Shown here in pieces: positions 1-9,423 of a DNA stretch of 20,342 nucleotides. The DNA lies in the NCBI RefSeq assembly GCF_006345805.1, contig NW_021824007.1, forward strand, positions 1 to 20,342, given 5' to 3'. This stretch comes from Octopus sinensis (taxonomy: Eukaryota). The notes under the pieces were generated by a model. It did no database searches, was not told the origin of the DNA, and was given only the letters and a program-made list of their open reading frames with translations. The position numbers were made by a program, and so were the translations under genes. The stretch's first letter is position 1. Every line of letters starts with the position of its first letter.

Positions 1-151
1 ACAAACGAATAAACAAACAAACAAAATATTTGATGTGCTGACATTAATACTTCGGATGAAAATACGGTAGAGACTATCACGTGAGAAATGGATGCTCAGA
101 TGAGGACACAGAAAGAAATATATGATACGGATAAAATTGAAATTATTTGTG

Positions 152-630
152 TAAGAAGAAGAAAAGGAGGAAGTGGAAGAAGTGGAAGATGTGGAAGAAG
201 AAGAAGAAGAAGAAGAAGAAGAAGAAGAAGAAGAAGAAAAACAAGAAGAAAAAGAAGAAGAAGACGAAGAAGAAGAAGAAGAAGACGAAGAAGAAGAAAA
301 AGAAAAAGAAGGAGAAGACGAAGAAGAAGAAGAAGAAGAAGAAGAAGAAAAAGAAAAAGAAAAAGAAGAAGAAGAAGAAGAAGAAGAAGAAAAAGAAAAA
401 GAAGAAGAAGAAGAAAAAGAAGACGAAGAAGAAGAAGAAGAAGTCGAAAAAGAAGAGGAAGAAGGAGAAGAAGAAGAAGACGAAGAACAAGAAGAAGAAG
501 AAGAAGAAGACGACGACGACGAAGAAGAAAAAGAAGAAGAAGAAAAAGATGTAGAAGAAGAAGACGACGACGACGAAGAAGAAGAACAAGAAGAACAAGA
601 AGAACAAGAAAGAGGAGAAGGAAGAGGAGG
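152..630 (+). repeat. Degenerate (GAA)n trinucleotide microsatellite with GAC/AAA/GAG variants
   Basis: Directly visible; explains the poly-R/K/E/F ORFs at 88-669. Confidence 0.97.
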
Positions 631-814
631 ACGGTGGAAATATGGTGCTGTTTAAATGGAATATATTAAGATAGAGATGTTACATAGCTTCAGAAAACCT
701 GTAAATCACAATTTGCAAATACAGAATGGGGACAACAGTAAAGTAAAACATTGACAGCAGTTCGCATTTTTATTTTATATTTCAATATTTTCGGAAATTC
801 AAAAATGCGAGAAA

Positions 815-900
815 GAAAGAAAATGGCGGACAGTGATAAAACGAACAATTCTTTTTTGCGCATGCGAGCGGATGTGTAAGTCAAAGGAAGTTGTGACGTA
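815..900. promoter_or_regulatory. Candidate promoter-like motif cluster (YY1, NRF1-like, ETS core, CRE half-site)
   Basis: AAAATGGCGG 820-829, TGCGCATGCG 857-866, AGGAAGT 885-891 and TGACGT 894-899 within about 80 bp of non-repetitive DNA. Motif match only. Confidence 0.35.
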
Positions 901-927
901 TACAGACTGGAATTATTATAAACGTTG

Positions 928-1030
928 GGGAGCTTCGCCTTCGTTTTCTTCGGACTTGATAAATAAAGTACAAGTTGGAATTGGTGTAATGGAGTAGTTC
1001 CCTCACGACGAAATTTTGTGCTTATAAAAC
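928..1030 (+). mobile_element. Highly diverged fragment of SINE family B
   Basis: cttcgccttcgttttcttcggacttgataaataaagtacaagtt aligns by eye to cttcgcctttcatcctttcggggtcgataaattaagtaccagtt in the 6348-6580 copy. Confidence 0.55.
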
Positions 1031-1232
1031 TGAGGATTGTTGCTGTTCTTGTTGCTGTTGTTGTTGATTGTCTTATTATTATCATTAATACTCTTTTTTC
1101 CTCGATGTATCATTTGCCCGACTTGACAACTGTACAATATAACTGACTCATGAAATCTCATGCTGTGTGTGCATGACTGCTTCTTCCTAACAAGACTATT
1201 TCCGTTTATACTGAAATAAATAACCATACGGT

Positions 1233-1259
1233 TGATGATGATGATGATGATGATGCTGC

Positions 1260-1292
<33 letters not shown>

Positions 1293-1416
1293 CGACGATG
1301 ATGATGACGAAGAGGAGGAGGAGGACAACGATGACGGTGACGGGAAAGAAGAAGAAGAAGAAGAAGAAGAAGAAGAAGACGATGACGACGACGACGACGA
1401 CGACGAAGAAGAAGAA

Positions 1417-1448
<32 letters not shown>

Positions 1449-1560
1449 AGAAGAAAAAGGAGGAGAAGAAGAAGAAGAAGAAGAAGAAGGAGGAGGAGAA
1501 GAAGAAGAAGAAGAAGGAGGAGGAGGAGGAGAAGAAGAAGAAGAAGAAGAAGAAGAAGAA
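1233..1560 (+). repeat. Compound (GAT)n/(GAC)n/(GAA)n/(GAG)n microsatellite
   Basis: Directly visible. Confidence 0.97.
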
Positions 1561-1644
1561 AACTGGTGCGAAATCTATATTTCCGCCAAACGGTTCGTTT
1601 CCATGAATGAATGAACAAATATTTCATGTTTTCCAACAGCCTAG

Positions 1645-1682
<38 letters not shown>

Positions 1683-1769
1683 CATTATTACCATTATTAT
1701 TATTATTATTATTACCATTAATTATTATTATTATTATTATCCTTATTATTATTATTATTATTATTATTA

Positions 1770-1809
<40 letters not shown>

Positions 1810-1811
1810 CC

Positions 1812-1870
<59 letters not shown>
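1645..1870 (+). repeat. (ATT)n microsatellite
   Basis: Directly visible; abuts the 3' end of the RLE LINE fragment. Confidence 0.97.
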
Positions 1871-1872
<2 letters not shown>

Positions 1873-2335
1873 TATACACACAAAAGATAGACTGTTGGAA
1901 AAGACAAAAAATTCTAACATCCGGGTTACAAATAACCTTAGATGTCAAAAGCTATCCTAAGTATCCGAGCTGTCCCTAATAACACTGTTTTCTGGAGCTG
2001 TACTAAACTGGGTTTTATGCCTATTCCCTCTATCCATCTGTTCAAATCTTTAGGGATAGTTCCTAATGCACCTATAACTACATTTTACCCGCACTTTCCA
2101 GTCTCTGTAATTCAGTTGCTAGGTCCTAGTACTTTGCTATCTCCTCTGTACATCTCATTTTGATTTTTTTCTTCATTTGAATCTGTAAAGTCAACTATCT
2201 GGCTCTTTCTATTCTCTGTATCTAGTACTACTAAATCAAGCCTTCTAGCTTCTATTACTCTGTCAGTCTGACTGTTAAAGCCCCACAACATATTATATTT
2301 CTTACTTTCTAGTACTTTACTACGTTCACCTTCAT
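1871..2335 (-). mobile_element. 3' fragment of an R4/Dong-like non-LTR retrotransposon (restriction-like endonuclease domain plus short 3' UTR), decayed
   Basis: Minus strand translates to KVLESKKYNMLWGFNSQTDRVIEARRLDLVVLD...IVDF (degenerate LWDF.IQTD...RPD...IID) and, after frameshift, VVIGALGTIPKDLNRWIEGIGIKPSLVQLQKTVLLGTARILRIAFDI*, the typical RLE C-terminus. It runs into an (AAT)n tail. Confidence 0.88.
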
Positions 2336-2344
2336 AGAATTTAT

Positions 2345-2766
2345 AATAAACGTAATTTGCATGATGTAGTTTATAAATGTATAGTGACTTTAATTGATGA
2401 TTATAATACGAATGATTATAACTTAAACGCAATCTGTATAGGGACGTCTGCTAATAAAATTAAATTTAGAGTGGCTCAGCACATGAATTCCTTTAAGAAT
2501 AGAAATTTAATTAATTCTACTGGCCTTAGTAAATATATATGGGAACTTAAATCTAAACTTATTAAGTATAATTTAAATTGGTTTGTAAGGCAAAATCTTA
2601 TTGTATAGGTAGTAATTCTTGTTTATTATGTACTAGTGAATTTAAAGATATAATATTTAATAATCATAATAAATTGATTAATTCATTTGATGAGCGTAAA
2701 ATTAAATATAGACATATATTACTTTACTTAATAATAAGTTTTCAGATAAATAGCGAGTATATTTAA
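2345..2766 (+). mobile_element. Penelope-like element C-terminal GIY-YIG endonuclease fragment, frameshifted
   Basis: VVYKCIV...CIGTSANKIKFRVAQHMNSF...STGLSKYIWELK...LNW, frameshift near 2580, then AKSY...CLLCTSE...IN...KYRH. Fits the PLE pattern VYxC..YIG..K.R...H..SF..T.LS.YIW.LK..W..C.LC..E..RH. Confidence 0.82.
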
Positions 2767-2784
2767 ACTCTATTTTTTTTAAAC

Positions 2785-3497
2785 CTATGTGCCTCTTCTA
2801 ATTTCTTAACTAGGACTCCTATTCTATTTCGATCTATCGCTAGATCCTTACTATACCTAACCGATTCGTTGATTGTTTTTTGTAGGGCATAACACCAACT
2901 ATTGTTGACGATGACTCCTGTCAACGCCCTCTTAACTAATGTGCTAATCTGGTCTATGTAAGCATGCCGTGCGTGAACGACGCGTTTAGTTTCTAGTAAA
3001 CGGCGCCTTGCCTATGATTCTTATCTAAGTCAAGCGTACAAGTCACAAACTTATGATCTGTGTAGCTGACTATATGAAATTGAGAACAACCTACACTACC
3101 CCTATCCACAGTCCTACAGAATACTCTATCAAAATACCTATCTGGACTCCCCGATGCAATTGCTCCATATCCAGATTGGCACATTTTGGTGGTCCAGTCC
3201 ATACCTGTCACACATTTGGAAACGTCTGAGCAGGTCTTTGAGGCATTTACATCTCCTATTCCTATCTCTACCCACGGAGTCTAGATGTGTGTCCAAGGTA
3301 GCATTCCAATCCCCCACAAAAACTAAAACTCGACAGTTCCCAAGAAAACCTCTAGACGTTGAAAGAAATCCGGCCGACCTGTTAAGGACGGTGCATAAAC
3401 TGTTATCAGTTGAAAAGCACACGCATTACTGCCATCGAAATCCAAGACGACCAGCCTAACCTCCGGATCAAGGAATATTGCTCTCACTTTGAGTTTC
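2785..3497 (-). mobile_element. L1/Tx1-clade LINE ORF2 fragment (APE endonuclease and linker), decayed
   Basis: Minus strand across frameshifts: DPEVRLVVLD...FQLITVYAP; VFVGDWNATLD; IWIWSN; YFDRVF; SYTDHKFV; GAVY*KLNAS (degenerate G.YWKLN.S); continues KTINESVRYSKDLA. Confidence 0.87.
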
Positions 3498-3731
3498 TTC
3501 TCTTTCAGGGTTCAGTAATTTTCGGAGTATTTCCCCATTATGCACCGCTTTTGTGTATTATATTTCAATAACCAGTGGTCCGATTTACGCGAAGCTTGTT
3601 TTATTCCGTTTGTATTCACATTTCAAGAGCACTTTACTTTCAAGGTATCTTCCCATTATGCGCCAGTTTGGACGTGCACGCAAATAAGAAAGGGTGAACT
3701 TTATTTTTAATGTATTATATATATATATATA

Positions 3732-3986
3732 AATTTATATATAGAGGGCATTATTACACATACATGCCACACGCTAAGAGGGACATTAGTCATTTCTACC
3801 AAAAAATTTTTACTAATCATACCCAATACAATTTTTCAAAGCAAGACATTTAAAAATTCATTTTTTAAATGTCTTGCTTTGAAAAATTACATTGGGTATG
3901 ATTAGTAAAAATTTCTTGGTAGAAATGACTAATGTCCCTCTTAGCGTGTGGCATGTATGTGTAATAATGCCCTCTATATATAAATT
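3732..3986. repeat. Near-perfect long inverted repeat: 125-bp arms, 5-nt loop
   Basis: 3732-3856 is the reverse complement of 3862-3986 with 3 mismatches by manual count; loop TTCAT at 3857-3861. Confidence 0.96.
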
Positions 3987-4154
3987 AATATGTTCAATAA
4001 GAAAGAATTATTTTCGAAATTTCTCTCTTATGAGGTTTTTCACGCTATCTACCTGATAATTTCTTGTTAAGATTCCTTATTAAGAAGTTATCCTTAATTG
4101 TTATATATATATATATATATATAATCCCCCAAAATAGTTAGATCGACTGATGTT

Positions 4155-4235
4155 TCCAGTAGAAGAAACTGTCCAAGATTCCTCTCATTGGGGTTGAACC
4201 TGAAATCACACGGTTGCGAAACACATGTTTTATTA
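4155..4235 (-). mobile_element. Diverged 5' fragment of SINE family A
   Basis: Reverse complement caaccgtgtgatttcaggttcaaccccaatgagaggaatcttggacagtttcttctact resembles caaccacatggttccgggttcagtcccactgcgtggcatcttaggcaagtgtcttc at 8385-8440. Confidence 0.6.
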
Positions 4236-4379
4236 ATATGCCTGTACCTACACTCACGAACACACTCGCGCGCGCACAAGTGTATATCTAAACAGAAAAA
4301 CAAACCTACCAATGTACCTCGAACAAATAAAAACGAAAGTCGCTCAAATAAAATAAATAGACATTGGAATTATAAGCAA

Positions 4380-4655
4380 GTGCACACACGCACATGCGTA
4401 TTCACACAAAGTCACGCATGCGCACACACACACAGCCAAATACAACCATATATTGTTCACTATATACATATATATATATATATTTGTATATATTTATATA
4501 CAGACACAGACAATTATATATATATATATATATATATACACGCATACATAGTTTTATATATGTATATATACACATGTTTAGATATATATACATATATATA
4601 GATATTTATATATATAAAGAAGAAGAAGAAGAAGAAGAAGAAGAAGAAGAAGAAG

Positions 4656-4686
<31 letters not shown>

Positions 4687-4700
4687 GGTGGAAGAAGAAG
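4380..4700 (+). repeat. (CA)n/(TA)n low-complexity tract followed by pure (GAA)n at 4617-4700
   Basis: Directly visible. Confidence 0.95.
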
Positions 4701-5079
4701 AATTGAAATAATGAAACAACTACCAGCTGTAGGTCTTAGTTCGAAGAATATAATTAGAGTGAAAAGACTGTAAAATATTCAACAAGCCGTCAAATTTAGG
4801 GGAAAAAAGAATATATTTTCCGCCATATTTGTGACAGTTTTTTCTCTTTCCTTCGCTGTCCGCCATGTTTGGTAGGCATTAAGATGTATAAACAGTTAGC
4901 ATTGACTAATCTTATTAGAAGTAGAACATTCTTGTATAAATACATCTTTTTCTTTTTTTTCCAAATGAAAATCAAAAAGAGAATAAATTTCGTAATAGTG
5001 TTACAAAAATGGCGTTGCTTTCTGTAGATTCTGGCATGTATGCGCGTGTTTCTATACACATACATAAACAGAAGCAAAC

Positions 5080-5279
5080 ATATATACACACATCATACAT
5101 ACCATACAGACATGTGTATATACAATACACAAGCATATATATATATATATATGTGTGCATATATATATATATATAATATATATATAGTAATATATATATA
5201 TATATATTGTATATATATGTATATATATTATAATATATATATATATGTATATAATATGTATATATATATATATATATAA

Positions 5280-5319
<40 letters not shown>

Positions 5320-5516
5320 TATATGAAAGTATGTTTATGTCTATGGGTGTATTTGGTTTGTTTCAAACGTACCTGTTAGAATGTACGTGTGATACTCTCT
5401 ATAATTGTCTGCATGTATATACGTGTGAAGGTATTAATTTTGTATCTAAACCTGTGCTAATACCTCTATCTCTGTACAGAAGTCATTAAAGAAAGGCACA
5501 TGTGTGTGCATGTATG

Positions 5517-5548
<32 letters not shown>

Positions 5549-5740
5549 CATATATATATATATATATAATATATATATTATATGTTATATATATATATAT
5601 ATAGTATAAATATATACATATATATATATATGTGTGTGTGTATATATATATGTATAAATATATATATATATATGTATATATATATGTATATATATATAGT
5701 ATATATATATATTAATGTATATATATATGTATATATAATA

Positions 5741-5779
<39 letters not shown>

Positions 5780-5790
5780 AAATGTATATA

Positions 5791-5822
<32 letters not shown>

Positions 5823-5845
5823 CTATATACATATATATATACACA
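5080..5845. repeat. Two long degenerate (TA)n tracts (about 5135-5325 and 5500-5845)
   Basis: Directly visible; source of the YIYIYI ORFs. Confidence 0.96.
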
Positions 5846-5919
5846 TGCTAAGTAAATAATTATATGCATTCTTGTCTGTAATTTACTAAAACAAAAGCAG
5901 GCATTGAATAATTACATCA

Positions 5920-6271
5920 TTTCCAACAAAATCTCTTTGCTTTTCGATGCTCTTCTTCCAGCGGTTCACTGGCTTCCTTATAGCATCGTAGTAGAATGTT
6001 TGGCAATTTATGTAGTTTTCTGAGCTTCTTCACGCGTAGCATATCGACCACATCGTAAAGGATGTTTGCGCTGCCCAATGAGGTGATAGTCGGAATGGAC
6101 GAGATCTGGACGGTATGCACAGTGTTCCAGCAACTCGAAACCCAATTTTTCAATGGCTTCAATGGTAGGGTTGGACGGTATGTCGGTGTGCATCGTTGAG
6201 GAACTATAGCACTTAATTTTACTACAACGTTTGGGGTGATTTACTGGCAGCGGATTTCCGCAACTGTACAC
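5920..6271 (-). mobile_element. Mariner (Tc1/mariner) transposase C-terminal remnant
   Basis: ORF 6008-6271: TIEAIEKLGFELLEHCAYRPDLVHSDYHLIGQRKHPLR.GRY..REE, a decayed version of the mariner signature LGxExLxHPxYSPDLAPSDYHLFGxLKxxLRGxRF. No TIR seen. Confidence 0.88.
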
Positions 6272-6347
6272 AAGTCTTTAAGTCTTTCCGTGTAGTCTAG
6301 GAATAAGTCTTCCCTAACATTTCTGTGGAACTGGTATAAGTCTTGGT

Positions 6348-6764
6348 AAGGTGGTGAACTGGCAGAAATGTTTGCACGCCGGGCGAAATGCTTTGCGGTA
6401 TTTCGTCTGCCGTTACGTTCTAAGTTCAAATTCCGCCAAGGTCGACTTCGCCTTTCATCCTTTCGGGGTCGATAAATTAAGTACCAGTTACGCACTGGAG
6501 TCGATATAATCGACCTAATCCGTCTGTCTGTCCTTGTTTGTCCTCTCTGTGTTTAGCCCCTTGTGGGTAGTAAAGAAATAGGTATTTCGTCTGCCGTTAC
6601 GTTCTGAGTTCAAATTCCGCCAAGGTCGACTTCGCCTTTCATCCTTTCGGGGTCGATAAATTAAGTACCAGTTACGCACTGGGGTCGATGTAATCGACTT
6701 AATCCGTTTGTCTGTCATTGTTTGCCCTCTATGTGTTTAGCCCCTTGTGGGTAGTAAAGAAATA
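6348..6764 (+). mobile_element. tRNA-derived SINE family B (Nin/Deu-like central domain), dimeric, with 15-bp TSD
   Basis: A-box-like TGGCAGAAATG and B-box-like GTTCAAATTCC; core GTCGACTTCGCCTTTCATCCTTTCGGGGTCGATAAATTAAGTACCAG. Full unit 6348-6580 plus headless unit 6581-6764. TSD GGTATAAGTCTTGGT at 6333-6347 and 6765-6779. Domain name from memory. Confidence 0.92.
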
Positions 6765-7080
6765 GGTATAAGTCTTGGTTCAGTTCATAAGCCAACTAAA
6801 ATTTTTCTGGAATGTACTCCTCTCAAGAATAGCTGACTCAGGAATTTTTCGTCGCATTTCTGTATGTATAGTAATTTTCCACGTGGTATGTATATAAATT
6901 CAATTTCAGTGTTTGATTACTGCTAAGATTTTTTCAAAATAGGTGGTTTCTTTATATTAACTCAAAGAATATATGCGTTTCTTTTACCAGGCTTCTATTA
7001 ATTGCAAAATGTATACGTGATAGTTTCCATATCCGGCAGAATGAATAGACTTCTGTACCAACGTACCTCTATTCGACGCC

Positions 7081-7339
7081 TATGCATATGTGTTTGTGTG
7101 TGTATATATCTATACATGTATGTATATCGATGTATGTATGTATATCTATGTATGTATATGTATGTATGTATATTTATATGTATGTATATGTATATATGTA
7201 TATATATGTGTATGTATATATATATATATGTATATATGTATATGTATGTATATATATATATATGTATATATATGTATGTATATATGTATATATATATGTA
7301 TATATATGTATATATATATATATGTATATATATATGTAT

Positions 7340-7384
<45 letters not shown>

Positions 7385-7587
7385 TATGTATATATATATG
7401 TATATATATGCATGTATATATATATATATATGGATGTATGAATATATATATATGTATATATATATGTATATATGTTTATATATATATTTGATATATATAT
7501 ATGTTTATATATGTATATATATCTATGTATGTATTGTATATATAGTATGTATGTATATATATAGAGTATATATAGTATGCATATATA

Positions 7588-7623
<36 letters not shown>

Positions 7624-7775
7624 GATATATGTATATATATGTATATATGTATACGTACATATGTATATATATATGTATATATGTATATGTACATATGTAT
7701 ATATATATGTATATATGTATATATATATATGTATATATGTATATAGATATGTATATATATATGTATGCATGTATG

Positions 7776-7835
<60 letters not shown>
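7081..7835 (+). repeat. Degenerate (TA)n/(TATG)n tract ending in (TG)n
   Basis: Directly visible. Confidence 0.97.
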
Positions 7836-8191
7836 TATTAATTAGAGAAGAACTACCATGTAGCAATTCAACAATGATATACTTAAATCATACCATACAG
7901 AAAAAATTGAAGATACCATAAAACATTTACCTAGAACTAAATAAAGTACTAAAAATAGTAATCACTCGACTATCGCTGGTGTTACATTCCAAAACCGTAT
8001 GTGATAGGTGAAAATCCGCGAAGTATGTGTTTACTGGCTTGTGTGTATGTGTGTGCGTGCATGTATTGGTGCGTGTGTCGGTGTGTCGGCGTGTTTGTGT
8101 GTGAGTGTATTTTTACTTCGAAAGGCAAATTCACTGCAGTCATCGATGAGAAAAGTGCTCCCTAAAGCTAAAAATCGTAAAAACACCATAC

Positions 8192-8317
8192 CTTCCCAGT
8201 AGTGAAAACAGCAAATCTGTCTGGAATCCGTGATGCGTTTTTGACGCTTTCTGGCCTTTTTTAATGCGAAATAGCAAGGAAAGATAACTCTGGGCAGATT
8301 CAAAGCCATAGCTTTGT
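8192..8317 (-). other. Candidate 126-bp exon (unverified)
   Basis: Minus strand: TACTAATACTGATTGTTTTAG| 126 nt |GTATGG with GAAG before the donor. Two frames are open; one reads KAMALNLPRVIFPCYFALKKARKRQKRITDSRQICCFHYWE. No homology recognised. Confidence 0.25.
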
Positions 8318-8346
8318 CTAAAACAATCAGTATTAGTATTACCATA

Positions 8347-8509
8347 GGCGCAGGAGTGGCAGTGTGGTAAGTAGCTTGCTAACCAACCACATGGTTCCGG
8401 GTTCAGTCCCACTGCGTGGCATCTTAGGCAAGTGTCTTCCGCTATAGCCCCGGGCTGACCAATGCCTTGTGAGTGGATTTGGTAGACGGAAACTGAAAGA
8501 AGCCTGTCG

Positions 8510-8566
<57 letters not shown>

Positions 8567-8794
8567 TATGTGTGTGTTTGTGTGTCTATGTTTGTCCCCC
8601 TAGCATTGCTTGACAACCAATGCTGGTGTGTTTACGTCCCCGTCACTTAGCGGTTCGGCAAAAGAGACTGATAGAATAAGTACTGGGCTTACAAAGAATA
8701 AGTCCCGGGGTCGATTTGCTCGACTAAAGGCGGTGCTCCAGCATGGCCGCAGTCAAATGACTGAAAAAAAGTAAAAGAGTAAAAGAGAAAGAGT
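8347..8794 (+). mobile_element. Full-length tRNA-derived SINE family A (CORE-like segment, internal (TA)n/(TG)n, AAAGAGT-type tail)
   Basis: A box TGGCAGTGTGG, B box GGTTCAGTCCC, CORE-like CTTAGGCAAGTG; highly similar copies at 17822-18219 (+) and 18382-18779 (-). Confidence 0.93.
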
Positions 8795-8870
8795 GAGATG
8801 TGCTCGTGGATCGCCTCGTCGGAAATATCAGTAGCCGCATCGGGGCTTAGCAGTGACGAGGTTTAAACAA

Positions 8871-8924
8871 ACTTGACGAATACGCAGTCATATGCGAGAA
8901 TTCACATATGGCTGATAGGTACCT
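8871..8924 (+). repeat. 54-bp sequence duplicated exactly at 9734-9787
   Basis: ACTTGACGAATACGCAGTCATATGCGAGAATTCACATATGGCTGATAGGTACCT is present at both positions. Confidence 0.96.
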
Positions 8925-9423
8925 GCACTCATATATGCACACATACGCACCACAATGAGCTGATGTCATCAGCTCTCACTCATACACCCCCGCTCACACA
9001 CCCACTCATATAGCAGGTACACACGCGTAGGCATCAGATACCATCAAGGCACTCGTATATCTGCAATGCACACACAGACACACGCGAATACACACACGCT
9101 CACATGCACACACGCACACCTCACGCACACACAGACACACACGCACACAAACATACAGACACGCACACACAAAACCTTCGCCGGAAGTCCATTCATAGGC
9201 CGGTCCAATTGCAAGCTACCATCAACTTCCTGTCCAGCCACGCAGTTCAAAGAATTCTCTTTCTTAATGGATCTGGTGACGCTGGAATGTCGATCTCGCT
9301 TCTAATAACACCACGTGACAAGCCTTTACAAAGAGCTGGCCAATTTCAGGTAACCATCTAAGAATTCCTGTATCATGTTCAATCGGTTAACTGAGCTCAA
9401 TGAGATAGGTTTCTGTCAGAAAC

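Noticed and set aside
88-669. Poly-Arg/Lys/Glu/Phe ORFs resembling protamine or acidic proteins
   Set aside because: All frames are open simply because (GAA)n lacks stops; there is no supporting gene structure.
1607-1960. Poly-Leu/Ile ORFs resembling transmembrane proteins (also 14140-14481, 16878-17236)
   Set aside because: Translations of (ATT)n.
4040-4101. Penelope-type hammerhead ribozyme next to the hairpin
   Set aside because: Only CTGATAA rather than CTGANGA, and no properly placed GAAA or stems.
1871-6271. RT, nuclease and transposase fragments as a single novel defence or editing system
   Set aside because: They come from unrelated TE classes on mixed strands, and all are disrupted or have degenerate catalytic motifs; ordinary TE decay explains them.
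6241-6718. Recurring peptide NWYLIYRPRKDERRSRPWRNLN in several ORFs (also 12001-12210)
   Set aside because: Antisense translation of SINE family B, not a protein family.
7002-7921. 279-aa and overlapping YI/YM/CV-rich ORFs, and similar ones at 4394-5869, 10150-11322 and 19061-19673
   Set aside because: Translations of (TA)n/(TATG)n/(TG)n microsatellites.
8347-8420. Possible tRNA genes at SINE heads (also 9424, 15070, 17822)
   Set aside because: A/B boxes are present but I could not build a cloverleaf, and each continues into a SINE body.
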